Source of the DNA: Ostreococcus lucimarinus
Lineage: Eukaryota
Length of the DNA: 64,000 bases
Assembly: GCA_000092065.1 (NCBI GenBank)
Contig: CP000582.1
Direction: 5' to 3' (one strand)
Below, piece by piece: positions 19,936-30,295 of this stretch. The first letter of the stretch is position 1; the number at the start of each line of letters is the position of its first letter. A program made the position numbers and the translations under genes. A model generated the notes under the pieces. The model worked only from the letters and a program-made list of their open reading frames with translations. It was not told the DNA's origin and searched no databases.

Positions 19936-20649
19936 ATGGCGACGCGCCTTCGCGCGCCTTCGCGCCCGCGCGTCGCGCCCGCGCGCGCGTCGCGACGTTC
20001 GCGCGTCGCCGCGCCGCCGCGCGCGATCGGCGTGCGCCAGGTCGCGGGCGAGGGCGCGGCGCTGGTGGACAGACTTCGCGCGTGCGCCGAGGTCACGGCG
20101 GAATCGTTCGGCGCGGACGAATCGAGCGCGGTGAGCGTGCTCGATGGGCTCGTGCGCAAGGTGAGGTACTCGGGCGATGCGTTCGCGCTGCTCGAGGCGT
20201 ACGACGACGGCGCGAGCGACGGCGAGGAGGAAAGATTGTGCGGGTGCGCGGACGTGACGGCGCTGCCGGCGTTCGGGCCGCGAGCGAGCAAGGAAACGCT
20301 CGTCGCGAGGGTGCCCATCGCGCTCGGACTCACGGAACAGAGTAATTACGCGTATCTGAGCGGAATGTGCGTGCGGGAATCGCATCGACGACGAGGGGTG
20401 GGGGTGAAATTGTTGGAGGCGTGCGAGACGTGCGCGAGGAAGATGACGCCGACGCCGGCGGCGATGGCGTTGCACGTCGATAGCGATAACGAAGGGGCGA
20501 TCGCGCTGTATGAGGGGTGCGGATACGCGCGTGTGATCGAACGCGAGGTCGACGACGCGTTCGGGCGGATGTCGCGCGCGCTCGGTGGACTCGTGGGGGG
20601 GAAAAAGAAAAAAATATTAATGTCCAAGTGGTTGAGCTCGCGCGAGTAG
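19936..20649 (+). CDS. GNAT-family N-acetyltransferase with an N-terminal targeting peptide.
   Basis: The acetyl-CoA-binding motif region is AYLSGMCVRESHRRRGVGVKLLEACETCARKM...IALYEGCGYARV. The start MATRLRAPSRPRVAPARA resembles a transit peptide. The gene is divergent from the SET gene, with about 40 bp between the two ATGs. Confidence 0.75.
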   Translation: MATRLRAPSRPRVAPARASRRSRVAAPPRAIGVRQVAGEGAALVDRLRACAEVTAESFGADESSAVSVLDGLVRKVRYSGDAFALLEAYDDGASDGEEERLCGCADVTALPAFGPRASKETLVARVPIALGLTEQSNYAYLSGMCVRESHRRRGVGVKLLEACETCARKMTPTPAAMALHVDSDNEGAIALYEGCGYARVIEREVDDAFGRMSRALGGLVGGKKKKILMSKWLSSRE

Positions 20650-20773
20650 TCTTCGTCGGTCGCGGATGTAATCGAACGAGGACGATCGGTAGTAGCGTTG
20701 GTAGCGTACAATTCGAAGCGATGGTGTTACATGAGTATTGTTACTGTTTTCGTGTCGGTGTGGGGTCAAAAAC

Positions 20774-22468
20774 TCAAAATTGTGTGCGTCGCATGTCTCG
20801 CACGAAGCGCGCGAAGCGGTCGAAATTCTGCGGCTCGAAGAGCTCGTCGCACATCCGCAGGTACGTGAACGATCCGAGAACGCACGCGGTATCGGGTGAC
20901 GACGACGAAGTCATCATCGTATCGTCGCTCGAAAGTGAATTCCGCGACTCAGCGCCGGGTGAGCTGACGTTTTCCGCGCTCATTGAGGACGAAAGTCGCG
21001 CCAACGGCTTTGCCGGCGACGGCGAAACGCCCGCGTATCGTTCGTACGTGCGAACGATTTGCGCGAACGCGTCGACATCGAATCTCGCCAACGCGTTTTC
21101 TCCGTTCACCGTCACTCCGGCTTCGGCCGCTTCTCGCAGAACTTGCGCCAACAAGCCTTCGGGCGAGCACATGTGCTCCGGCGAGTGCTCGACGTCGCGC
21201 ATCTCCACGCACGTAAACGTAAGCTCGACGCCGAATCGAGCGCACAGGTCGATGATTTGCGAGTATCCTCGCGGTTCACATCCTAAAACCATGTCCACAT
21301 CGCCGTTCCCGTCCGCAGGCGGCGAGGGCGTGGCGTTGTAATACCCCGCCGTGCACTCCGCGGCGCGACTGGGGTGACCGTGCCACCAATGCACGCCCGC
21401 GCATTTGATGCCGAGCGAGGCGTCGACGCCGTCAAACTCCCGCACCGCGTGTTCCAAAACGCGCTCACCGTGCGCGACGAGTTCGCGACTGTACCACGAC
21501 AAGAAAAACTTACCGTACGGCGTGTTCCAATCCCCCGTTCCGTCGGCGGCGAAGAAGCTCCTCGACGCGCTCTCCGGGGCGCACGAAAAGCTCGCGCTCG
21601 TCAGGCTCGAATTCGACGTGCTCGCCGTCATCGTGTGACGTCGCTTGGCGTCGGGTTCATCCTCACTCGTTCGTCTGATCGGTGGTTCCAACACGTTTCC
21701 CTCCGGATCGCAGTTGTAGCTCGGCCCGTTCACCGGCGGGTGGCGTCCCCACTCGGGCTTGCCGCACGCCGCGGCTTCGTACGCCAGGGACATGCGCGCG
21801 CGCTCGTCAAAGGCTTGGAACTCACCGACGCCCGGGAAGTGCCATCCATCACCCGCGCGATAAGATGGATACCGAAGTTCACCGCACGGCCCGAGACCTA
21901 TGATGACTTGCGAAATCACCGGCGGCGCGTCTGCGGACCCGGTCAAAAACGTCGCGAACGCCGCGCGAAACGCCGCCATGAAGTCGCGATAACACTCCAA
22001 CGGCGATCGATCGCCTCGTCGCGCGTCCCGCGTTTCGTCCCCCCACAGCGACAAGTATTCCTCAGTGACGTTTCCTCGTCGATCGGCGTACATGTTTTCC
22101 CTCGCCGGCTCCCCCCGCGCCCACTCCGGCAAGCCGATTTCGCACCCCTCGTCCCCGACCGAGTCCCCGCACGCGTGAAACGACAGCACGACGTCCACGC
22201 TCAATCCAGCGTCTCGACACATCTCGCACAGCGCGAGATATCCCCGCCACTCGTACGCTCTCGGTCGCTCGCCCTCGCACGCCCCCCACCAGCAATCCAC
22301 CATGACGCCGTCCGCGCCCGCGTCGGCGACGCTTCGCAGCGCCTTCGCCAGCGTCTCCCGCGTCGTCCTCGTCGTCGTCCTCGCCACGCAATCCAGCGGC
22401 AGCATCACCCGCACGCCGCGTCCCGCGTCTCTTCCCTCGCGTCCGTTCGCGCCGTTTCCTCGCCGCAT
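20774..22468 (-). CDS. BAM: Beta-amylase (glycoside hydrolase family 14). The N-terminus and start codon are uncertain.
   Basis: GVMVDCWWG, LSFHACGDSVGDEGCEIGLPEWA and GLGPCGELRYPSY match the conserved beta-amylase blocks. The ORF-track start at 22603 is a GTG. The first in-frame ATG (MRRGNG...) is at about 22468. An upstream exon cannot be excluded. Confidence 0.85.
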   Translation of the reverse strand: MRRGNGANGREGRDAGRGVRVMLPLDCVARTTTRTTRETLAKALRSVADAGADGVMVDCWWGACEGERPRAYEWRGYLALCEMCRDAGLSVDVVLSFHACGDSVGDEGCEIGLPEWARGEPARENMYADRRGNVTEEYLSLWGDETRDARRGDRSPLECYRDFMAAFRAAFATFLTGSADAPPVISQVIIGLGPCGELRYPSYRAGDGWHFPGVGEFQAFDERARMSLAYEAAACGKPEWGRHPPVNGPSYNCDPEGNVLEPPIRRTSEDEPDAKRRHTMTASTSNSSLTSASFSCAPESASRSFFAADGTGDWNTPYGKFFLSWYSRELVAHGERVLEHAVREFDGVDASLGIKCAGVHWWHGHPSRAAECTAGYYNATPSPPADGNGDVDMVLGCEPRGYSQIIDLCARFGVELTFTCVEMRDVEHSPEHMCSPEGLLAQVLREAAEAGVTVNGENALARFDVDAFAQIVRTYERYAGVSPSPAKPLARLSSSMSAENVSSPGAESRNSLSSDDTMMTSSSSPDTACVLGSFTYLRMCDELFEPQNFDRFARFVRDMRRTQF

Positions 22469-23062
22469 CGCGTCCCGCGCCCTCTCGCTCGCGTCTTCTC
22501 TTCTCGCCGCGCGCGCGTTCGCCGTCGCCGCCGTCCCGTCCCGTCGCGCGCGTCCCTCTTCACCGTCTTCCCTCGTCCCGTCGCTCGCTCGCGCGTTCGC
22601 CACCGCGTCACCGCGTTCGCGTCGTCTTCTTCGCGTCGTCGCGTCGTCGTCGCGCGTCCCTCGTGCGCGTCGCGTCCCTCGTGCGTGCGTTCGTTCGTTC
22701 GTTCGACAGTCTGGCGACGGCGCGCGTTCGACGCGTCCGCGTTCGCGCCGCGCGTCCTCGCGCGCGGTCCGTTCGAACGAAAACCGCGGTCACGATTACG
22801 GATTCCCGACCTCGTCGCGCGTCGGGCGTCGCGTCGCGTCGCGTCGTCGACTCCCGCGTCGTCGACGCGCGCGCGCGCGCGCGATCGGCGCTTTCGCGAA
22901 AGATTTTTTCAGCCTCGGCGTGTACCCCTCGTGCGGGGGGTACACGCGAATCATCACTCGTCGATGTATCGATCGGTCGTCGTGACGTATTCAAGCGGCG
23001 TTCGGCGCTATGAGAGCGCGCGCGCGAGGCGGCGCGCGCGTCGAACGTAAACCGACCGACGC

Positions 23063-24314
23063 GTGCGCGCGACGCCGAGGCGCGGCGGCGACGGCGCGCC
23101 ACTCGACGCCGCGATGCGCGCCATGACGTCGTCGCGATCGACGTTCGCCGCGCCGATGCGCGCGATGCAAAACGCGAAAACGCCCGCGCGTCGACGCGGG
23201 GGGGCGTGCGCGACGCGCGCGCGCCTGGACGCGGGCGTGGGGGCGTTCGGGAGCAAGGCTGGGATGACGCAGGTGTTCACCGACGACGGGCTGTGCGTGC
23301 CGGTGACCGTGATCGCGGTGCGCGACGGGAACGTCGTGACGCAGGTACGGGAAAAATATCGAGCGAACGCGGGATGGCCGTCGGGGGGTCGGCGCGCGAG
23401 GGCGCGCGAGACGCGGCGAACGATTCGACCGACGCGCGGGCGCGTGAGGGTTGGACGACGGGGTCGATGGATGGGCGCGGCGCGCGCGATGCGTCGACGC
23501 GCGCGGCGCGTTCACGATGGGCGAACGATCGGGTGGTGTTATCGTCGATCGCGCGCGCGCGCGAAGGGCTCGGATGGGGCGGGCGAGGCGCGAGGAGGAC
23601 CGACGCTTCGCGCGCGCGGGGAGAAGCCCTAGGGCGAGGTTACCGTCGCGACGCGCGGGCGCGGGCGCGACGGACGGATGCGTTCGGGCGCGGCGTAGAG
23701 CGACGAAACGCGAAGGAGAGAATCAGAGACTGACGATATCGCGATTCGCGCGCGTTCGTGAAACACAGGTGAAGACTGAGGCGACGGATGGGTACAACGC
23801 GGTGCAAGTCGGCTACGACGCCGTGCGCGACGACAAGCTCACGAAGCCCGAACTCGGGCACTGCAAGAAGGCGGGCGCGCCGGCGCTTCGACACCTCGAA
23901 GAGTTCCGTTTGCGCGACGCTCCGACGTACGAAGTCGGGGCGCAAATCAAGCCGACGGAGTTGTTCAAGGAGGGTGATAAGGTTGACGTGCGAGGCCGCA
24001 CGATCGGTAAGGGGTTCCAAGGCGCCGTGAAGCGTTACGGTTTCTCGCGCGGTTTGATGACGCACGGTTCTAAATCGCACCGTCAACACGGTTCCATCGG
24101 CAGCGGTACCAACCCGGGTCGCATTTACCCGGGTAAGCGCATGCACGGTCACATGGGCAACGAGATGGTGACGACGAAGGGCTTAACCGTCGTCTCCGTC
24201 GAGGACGACTGCATCATCGTCAAGGGCAACGTGCCGGGCAAGAAGGGCGCTCTGTGCAAGGTGACGCCCAACAAGAAGGTCGGGGACGCGCGCTGGAGTC
24301 CCACGTCCGCGTGA
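23063..24314 (+). CDS. rpl3: Organellar 50S ribosomal protein L3 (uL3) with a transit peptide. Two exons: 23063..23344 and 23769..24314.
   Basis: Exon 1 ends ...[28 protein letters not shown] and exon 2 begins [16 protein letters not shown]... Joined, they reproduce the bacterial L3 block RVTQVKDLANDGYRAIQV. The downstream region has [29 protein letters not shown]. Confidence 0.85.
23345..23768 (+). other. Intron (424 nt) in the L3 gene.
   Basis: Donor CAG|GTACGG. Branch GACTGACGAT about 40 nt upstream of the acceptor ACACAG. Both exons are in phase 0 and the splice joins two conserved L3 blocks. Confidence 0.8.
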
Positions 24315-24596
24315 GGTCACTTTCGCGTCACTTTCGCGTCGCCGCCGCGCGTCTTGTAGCCAATTTATAATTCGACACTCCGATTCAATCGCACGAACGG
24401 ACGACCGGTGGTGCGCGTCTCGACCGTACAATCTCGACCGATTCCACCATGTTTCGACGATTTAGTTGGACCGCACACCCGACCGCGCGTCAACGGCACC
24501 GCGCGTCGCGACTCGGCGCGTCGCGCGCGACGTCTCGAGGACGCGGGCGCGCGCGCACCGAACGCGCGCGCGCGCGCGCGCTCGCGCGCGACGCGC

Positions 24597-26381
24597 ATGG
24601 AGGGCATCGCGCGCCGATCGAGCGCGCCGCGACCGCGCTCGATCGCGACCGCGCCGACGCGTCGCGCGACGACGACGACGCGCGGCGCGCCGAACGACGA
24701 CGCGGGCGACGCGCGGTACGCGATCGCGCGATCGGTGGTGCTGAACGCGCGATCGCTGACGGAAACGAAGGCGACGACGAGCGAGCCGAGGACGAGGCCG
24801 AGGACGAGCGGGACGAGCGGGCGCGGAGACGCGAGCGGGCGCGAGAGAGGGCGAGGGTTGGCGTGCGATCGAAGCGTGGGCGATCGCGTGCGAGCGAACG
24901 GAGGGGCGAATGTGAAGCACGTGCATCCGCTGCCGCTGTCGGTGACGCACGACGATGCGTTCGCGGAGAGGTTGGGGAAGTTGAGAGCGCGCGCGAGCGA
25001 CGCGGAGGACGTGTACGACGCGCTGCGGAGACGGAAAGAGGAAGGATCGCGACCGGGGGCGAGGACGGATGAGTTGAAGATTGGACTCGTGGTCGAGGGG
25101 GGGGGGATGCGAGGGGTGATCAGCGCCGGCGCGGCCGGGGCGTTGTTAGAGGCGGGGTATTACGACTGCTTCGACGCCGCGTACGGGTCGAGCGCGGGGG
25201 CGATGAATTTGACGTATTACCTCTCAAAGCAGCCGGAAGGGATTTTTGCGTACGAGGAAGATTTATGCGACGGTTCGTTCTTAGATTTAAAGCGCCACGT
25301 CTCGAGGCGGATGACGGTGATTAAGGAGGCGCACATCGATTTGGTGCGCCCCTTCGTGCGCTTTGGGCGTCGCTCTCGAAACGCCCTCGCGGCGAGAAAT
25401 GGCGCGAGCACAATCGAGACGGCGACCATGGCGGACGTCGGCACTTTAGCAGAAACGCTGAGCGACGACGATGGGGATTCAAAGTTTGCCGTGGATCCGG
25501 CGATGAATGTGAATTACTTGCTCGAAACCGTCATGGGCGGCGAAACCGGACGTCCGTTGCGATGGAAGGACGTCATCACCTCCTCCGTACCGCTCAAAGT
25601 CGTCGCCACGTCGCTCGACACACTGACAACCGTTATTTTGGATGACTTCAAGGATGAAGCCGATCTAAAAAAGTCGTTGCTCGCGAGCGCGCGCGTGCCG
25701 GCCCTCGCGGGTAGCTCCCCGGTGACTCACAGAGGTCATCGACTGGTAGACGCCGCCGTGCTCGAGCCCGTGCCCGTGCACGCGGCGGCGCACGACGGAT
25801 GCACGCACATCCTGGTTTTACTCACCGCCCCGCACAAAGTGGACACCGAAGCGGACGTGACGAACACGGAGAAGCGCGAGAACAGACGATTTCTCGGGCA
25901 GATTCGCGAACGCCTGTCTCGCGTGCGGCAATCCAAGGCGCGAGACGTCGTCGCGGCGGCGGCGAGCGACACCAACGACAGCGATCTGAACAAATCCATC
26001 GACGACCTCGAGGCGAAACCAAAACCGGCGCAATCGGCGCTGTATCGGGCCATACGCAACTTGCTCTTTGCGCCGTCGTACATGGGCGCGGTGTGGGACC
26101 TCCACGATTCCTACGCCGCCACCCTCGACGCCCGCCACGGCTGGCGCGCGCGCGACGTCTTCATCCCCTCCACAGCTCCGAGCGCATTTCATCCCATCAA
26201 GATCGCCACCATCGCTCCATCCGGTCCGGCATCCAAAGCCATGTCCAGTCTGTGCGTCGACGCCGACCTCATCGCCGCCGCGCGTCGCGAGGGCGCCGCC
26301 GCGTGTTTCCGCGCCCTCGGCGTCGCCTTCGACGACACCGCTTCGCAGCCCAACGTCCCGAGCGCCGAGCGTTCGCGTTAA
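24597..26381 (+). CDS. Patatin-like phospholipase.
   Basis: Oxyanion and nucleophile motifs GLVVEGGGMRGVISAGAAGALLEAG ... GSSAGAMNL are present. ATG at 24597 (MEGIARR...). The ORF-track region upstream of it is R-rich junk. Confidence 0.8.
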   Translation: MEGIARRSSAPRPRSIATAPTRRATTTTRGAPNDDAGDARYAIARSVVLNARSLTETKATTSEPRTRPRTSGTSGRGDASGRERGRGLACDRSVGDRVRANGGANVKHVHPLPLSVTHDDAFAERLGKLRARASDAEDVYDALRRRKEEGSRPGARTDELKIGLVVEGGGMRGVISAGAAGALLEAGYYDCFDAAYGSSAGAMNLTYYLSKQPEGIFAYEEDLCDGSFLDLKRHVSRRMTVIKEAHIDLVRPFVRFGRRSRNALAARNGASTIETATMADVGTLAETLSDDDGDSKFAVDPAMNVNYLLETVMGGETGRPLRWKDVITSSVPLKVVATSLDTLTTVILDDFKDEADLKKSLLASARVPALAGSSPVTHRGHRLVDAAVLEPVPVHAAAHDGCTHILVLLTAPHKVDTEADVTNTEKRENRRFLGQIRERLSRVRQSKARDVVAAAASDTNDSDLNKSIDDLEAKPKPAQSALYRAIRNLLFAPSYMGAVWDLHDSYAATLDARHGWRARDVFIPSTAPSAFHPIKIATIAPSGPASKAMSSLCVDADLIAAARREGAAACFRALGVAFDDTASQPNVPSAERSR

Positions 26382-26407
26382 CTCTCGAAGATCGATCTCC
26401 AAGCATT

Positions 26408-26416
26408 TATTTATGT
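26408..26416 (+). promoter_or_regulatory. TGTAA poly(A) signal, green-algal type, downstream of the patatin gene. One example of several.
   Basis: TATTTATGTAACG lies 27 nt after the stop. The same pentamer occurs 20-140 nt after the stops of L9, RSH, GlyRS (minus strand), the SDR at 40398, the carrier gene at 33527, RPL15 and PPDK. Confidence 0.5.
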
Positions 26417-26527
26417 AACGAAAGCGTCGTCTCGCGCGTCCCGTCGGTCGCGGGCATAAAGTGCTCAAGTGCGGTACCCGGTACCGCGCCGCACTTCGCG
26501 CCTTCCCCGCTCTCTCTCTCGCGCGCG

Positions 26528-27808
26528 ATGCGCGAGCTCCGCGTGAAACACCAAAACTACGCGTGGGGCGCGCGCGGGTCGAGCGCCGTGCGCGCGCTCG
26601 CCCTCGCGAACGCGCAGCGTCACGACGACGCGCGTCCCGAAGACTTCGACGACTCGACGCCGTTCGCCGAGCTCTGGTGCGGCACGCACGCGTCTGGAAT
26701 GTCCGACGTCGTCGGGGAAGACGGCGCGCGAACGCCTTTGATCGAGCACGTGAAAAGCGCGGCGAACGCGACGCTCGGAGAGCGCGCGGTGGCGCGATTC
26801 GGGGACGACGTGCCGTTTTTGATGAAAATGCTCAGCGTCGCGCGGGCGCTGAGCGTGCAGGCGCATCCGGACAAGGCGCTGGCGGTGAAATTGCACGAGA
26901 GTAATCCGGAGGCGTATAAAGACGATAATCATAAGCCCGAGATGGCGCTGTGCGTGAGCGAGACGTTTGAGGCGATGAGCGGGTTCGCGAACGCCGACGC
27001 GGTTTTAACGGCGACGAGGAGACACGAGGAGTTCGGAAGAGTGATAGGGGATGATGATGCGATCGAAGCGTTGCGAAAAGCGGTAGAGAGTGGGCAGAGT
27101 AATGAGAGTGCTGCGTTGCGCGACGCGTTCAAGCGCGTGTTCACGGCGTTGATGACGGCGGAGAAGGGAAAAGTGGAGACGGAGCTGCGCGCGATGGAGG
27201 CGCGCGTGCGCGACGAAGGGACGACGGCGACGTCGTCGTCGAGCGTGGAATCGTTGTTTCTGCGGTTATGCGAACAGTATCCAGGTGACGTCGGCGCGTT
27301 TTGCGCGTTCGTGTTGAATTACGTCACCCTGCGCCCCGGGGAGGCGATTTACATGGCGGCGAACGAGCCGCACGCCTACCTCTCGGGCGATTGCGTCGAA
27401 GTCATGGCGACGAGCGATAACGTCGTGCGCGCCGGGTTGACCCCTAAATTTCGCGACGTCCAAGTGCTGTGCGACATGCTGACGTACAAGCTCGGCGCTC
27501 CCGAGATATTGACGGGCGACGTCGTCGACGCGTGCACGCGACGATACGTCCCGCCGTTCGACGAGTTCCTCCTCGACGTCGTCACCGTCTCTCGAGGCAC
27601 CGCGTACGGCGTCGTCGCCAAATCCGGTCCGAGCGTTTGGATCGTCCATCGCGGTTCGTGCGCGTTCGCGTCCGCGAAGGATTCCAAAACATTCGCCGCC
27701 GAGCCCGGCGCCGTGTTCTTCGTCGACGCCGACGAGGAGTGCGGCGTCGTCGTCCCCGACGCCGCCACCGACGATTTCGTCGCCTTCGTCGCGACGACCA
27801 ACATTTGA
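26528..27808 (+). CDS. PMI: Mannose-6-phosphate isomerase, type I (PMI).
   Basis: MRELRVKHQNYAWG, FLMKMLSVARALSVQAHPDK and YKDDNHKPEMALCVSETFEAMSGF match the PMI type I signature blocks. A TGTAA poly(A) signal for the upstream gene lies at about 26412. Confidence 0.85.
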   Translation: MRELRVKHQNYAWGARGSSAVRALALANAQRHDDARPEDFDDSTPFAELWCGTHASGMSDVVGEDGARTPLIEHVKSAANATLGERAVARFGDDVPFLMKMLSVARALSVQAHPDKALAVKLHESNPEAYKDDNHKPEMALCVSETFEAMSGFANADAVLTATRRHEEFGRVIGDDDAIEALRKAVESGQSNESAALRDAFKRVFTALMTAEKGKVETELRAMEARVRDEGTTATSSSSVESLFLRLCEQYPGDVGAFCAFVLNYVTLRPGEAIYMAANEPHAYLSGDCVEVMATSDNVVRAGLTPKFRDVQVLCDMLTYKLGAPEILTGDVVDACTRRYVPPFDEFLLDVVTVSRGTAYGVVAKSGPSVWIVHRGSCAFASAKDSKTFAAEPGAVFFVDADEECGVVVPDAATDDFVAFVATTNI

Positions 27809-27975
27809 CCGACGTGATGATACTATTTCCTTTCGTCTCGCGCGTCGTTCTCTCGCCGGTCGATCCTCGTTCGGTTCGCGTTCGCGTTCGCGTTCCGCCT
27901 CCTTCTCCCGCGTCTCCCCTCGTCTTCGCCGCACTCTCCGTCGCGCCGCGCGCGCTCGCCCGCGCGAAGGATTCC

Positions 27976-28653
27976 ATGTCCTCTCGCGCGTCTTCCTCGC
28001 GCGCGCGCGCGCTCGGCAGAGACGCCTTGGCGCTGACGCTCGACATGTTTCGCGGCGCGCGACGCCGGACCAACAAGAGCGCGCTCGATCGCGCCCGCGA
28101 GCTCGTCGCGCGCGGCGTCATCGACGAGCCGGCGTGGATGGACGCCGCGCGCGCGTCGGCACCGAGCCCGCGGCCGTTCAGGGCGCGCAAGCCGCCCGCG
28201 ATCGCGCTCGAGACGGATCATCTGATTCGAGGGTATTACAAGCGCGAGCCCGCGGCGGCGTTCGACGCGATCGATTGCGGCACGACGCCGGAGCGCGGCG
28301 ACGCGCGCGCGCATCACGCGCAAAAATTCGCGCTGCGACAGCTGGAGGTGATGCGGACGAAAAAGATGAACGAGCGAGAGGCGCTGCGAATCGTCGAGGC
28401 GGAGCGAGACGCCGAGCGAGACGCGTACGCGCGCGCGGCGAGAGAGGGACGGCCGCTCGACGAGGGCGAGCGCGCGCTCACGGCGCCGGGCGAGGGATCG
28501 GACGTGGAATTCGGAAGCGAGATCGAGCGAATTCAAGCGACGGAGGAGGCGGAGTGGAGCGCGCGCGTCGAGGCGGCGAGACGCGCGGCGGGCGAACGCG
28601 CCGACGGCGCCGCGCCGACGGCGCAGATTCCCAGGCGTCGTCGCGGCGCGTGA
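27976..28653 (+). CDS. Probable mitochondrial ribosomal protein mS23/MRP-S23-like. Tentative.
   Basis: RARELVARGVIDEPAWMDAARA, IALETDHLIRGYYKREP and FALRQLEVMRTKKMNEREAL resemble the conserved mS23 N-terminal blocks. This rests on pattern similarity alone. Confidence 0.45.
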   Translation: MSSRASSSRARALGRDALALTLDMFRGARRRTNKSALDRARELVARGVIDEPAWMDAARASAPSPRPFRARKPPAIALETDHLIRGYYKREPAAAFDAIDCGTTPERGDARAHHAQKFALRQLEVMRTKKMNEREALRIVEAERDAERDAYARAAREGRPLDEGERALTAPGEGSDVEFGSEIERIQATEEAEWSARVEAARRAAGERADGAAPTAQIPRRRRGA

Positions 28654-28871
28654 ACTTAGCTCGCGATTTTATTTCTTTGTCATAGCTATTCGGTTAGTCG
28701 TTCGCTCGCGCGTCGATTCGCGCGCGTCGGCGCGTTCGGGCGTCGTCGCGCGCTCGCTCGCGGCTCGGGCGGAAGCGCGGCGACGCCGACGGCGCGATCC
28801 GCACACGCGCGCGCGCCGCTCGGGTCGACGCCGCGTCGCTCGGCGAGATCGACGCGAACGCGCGCATCGCG

Positions 28872-30155
28872 ATGCTCGACGACGGCGACGTCGATGCGCA
28901 GCGCGCGTCCGCGCGCGAAGCCGCGCCTTTATTGCGGACGGATGAAGACGCAACCAGGGTGTTGGCGCATCCCGCGACGCGTTCGTCGCGCGCGGTGACG
29001 CTCTGGACGCTCGCGAGCGCGCTCGTCGGCGCTGGACTCTTCGCGTGCGTCGACGGGACGCGCCGCGAGGTGAAACACCGCGCCGCGCTGGGTGAAGCGT
29101 GGGAAACAGAGTGGGGCGCGCTGGACTTGGGCGAACGCGCGACGCGCGCGACGGCGGCGTTGCAAGGGAAAACCGAAGGGCACGGGCTGCCGGTGTTCTT
29201 GCACATCCCGAAGGCCGGTGGAACGACGATCGAAACCGCGCTGGGGGTGTTGGGAATCGATGTCGGGTATTGTCACCTCCCCGAAGCGCGCGGCACGCCG
29301 ACGCCGTACGAGACGAGTCCGACGTTTGAGAACGAGGCGTGGCACAGGCCGCCGGCGGCGTTCGTTCCGGATTCGTGGGCGATCGTGCGGAATCCGTACA
29401 GACGGTTCGCGAGCGATTTCTTGTGGGCGAAATATTTAGGGTCGGAGCCCGGGCAGTTTTGGGGGTTGAACCCAGGGTATAGCGAGCGGAACTGCGAGGC
29501 GTTTCAGAGCTACGTGAAGGATATGATCTCACCCGCCGCGTCGCCGGATGGATGGATGGATGATAAGTTCAAATGCTACAACGACGCCAAGTTCACCCTA
29601 CAGGGCATTGCTGACTGCGAGACGAAGTATCCGGGCTTTAAGATTCACCTCGGCTCGCACGTGCTACCGCAACGCATCACGACGGCGTACGCCGAACGCG
29701 TCTTCAAATTCGAGGAATGCTTCGACTCCGCGCCGGGGAAGTGCAAGGACCCGAGAAACATGATCGAGCAAGACAACATCATCGCTTTCATGCGTAATCG
29801 CTACACTCCAGCGGTGACGATCGAAGAGAAAATTAACGAATGGAACGCCGCCGTGGAGAAGCCCGATGTCATGTCGTGTTGGGCTGAATTCGACCCGGCG
29901 ATTTTACGCGTCTACGACGCCGTCTACACGCACGACTTTGCGGGATTCGGATACAACAAGATATCTCCCAAGGGCACCACCGACGGCACGTCCGTGTTCG
30001 ATAACTCGGCACACACCAATCACCACGCCGACGGCAAAACGCTCGAACAGCTCAGGTCAGAGCTTCCCGAAAACACACCCATCATGGACGTCCAGGGACC
30101 GAAGTGCGACGCGGGGGCGCCGGCCCTCGGCCGCTCGAACGATCGCGCGCGTTGA
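28872..30155 (+). CDS. Golgi-type (type II membrane) sulfotransferase-like protein, copy 1 of a tandem pair.
   Basis: An N-terminal signal-anchor AVTLWTLASALVGAGLFACV is present. The PAPS 5'-PSB-like motif is GLPVFLHIPKAGGTTIETALGVLGIDVGYCH. A second conserved block is PDSWAIVRNPYRRFASDFLW. Confidence 0.7.
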   Translation: MLDDGDVDAQRASAREAAPLLRTDEDATRVLAHPATRSSRAVTLWTLASALVGAGLFACVDGTRREVKHRAALGEAWETEWGALDLGERATRATAALQGKTEGHGLPVFLHIPKAGGTTIETALGVLGIDVGYCHLPEARGTPTPYETSPTFENEAWHRPPAAFVPDSWAIVRNPYRRFASDFLWAKYLGSEPGQFWGLNPGYSERNCEAFQSYVKDMISPAASPDGWMDDKFKCYNDAKFTLQGIADCETKYPGFKIHLGSHVLPQRITTAYAERVFKFEECFDSAPGKCKDPRNMIEQDNIIAFMRNRYTPAVTIEEKINEWNAAVEKPDVMSCWAEFDPAILRVYDAVYTHDFAGFGYNKISPKGTTDGTSVFDNSAHTNHHADGKTLEQLRSELPENTPIMDVQGPKCDAGAPALGRSNDRAR

Positions 30156-30295
30156 GCCGTGCGTTTAAACGGACCGCGGCACTGATATCTAGTAGAATTG
30201 AAATAATCTCATTTTGTATTGCAATCGCACTCCGCGAACCCGCGAGCCTTCGTCCGCGCGCGAGCCGCCCGCACACTCGCGCGCGCGGCGCGACG

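Noticed and set aside
19186-20475. A 429-aa minus-strand ORF and a 387-aa plus-strand ORF (19182..20345) that are extremely R/G/A-rich.
   Set aside because: They are antisense or out of frame relative to the SET and GNAT genes. Their composition is pure GC3 artefact (poly-Arg/Gly) and they carry no motifs.
21374-23050. A 558-aa plus-strand ORF overlapping beta-amylase.
   Set aside because: It is arginine/proline/serine low-complexity, antisense to a well-supported GH14 gene, and has no recognisable domain.
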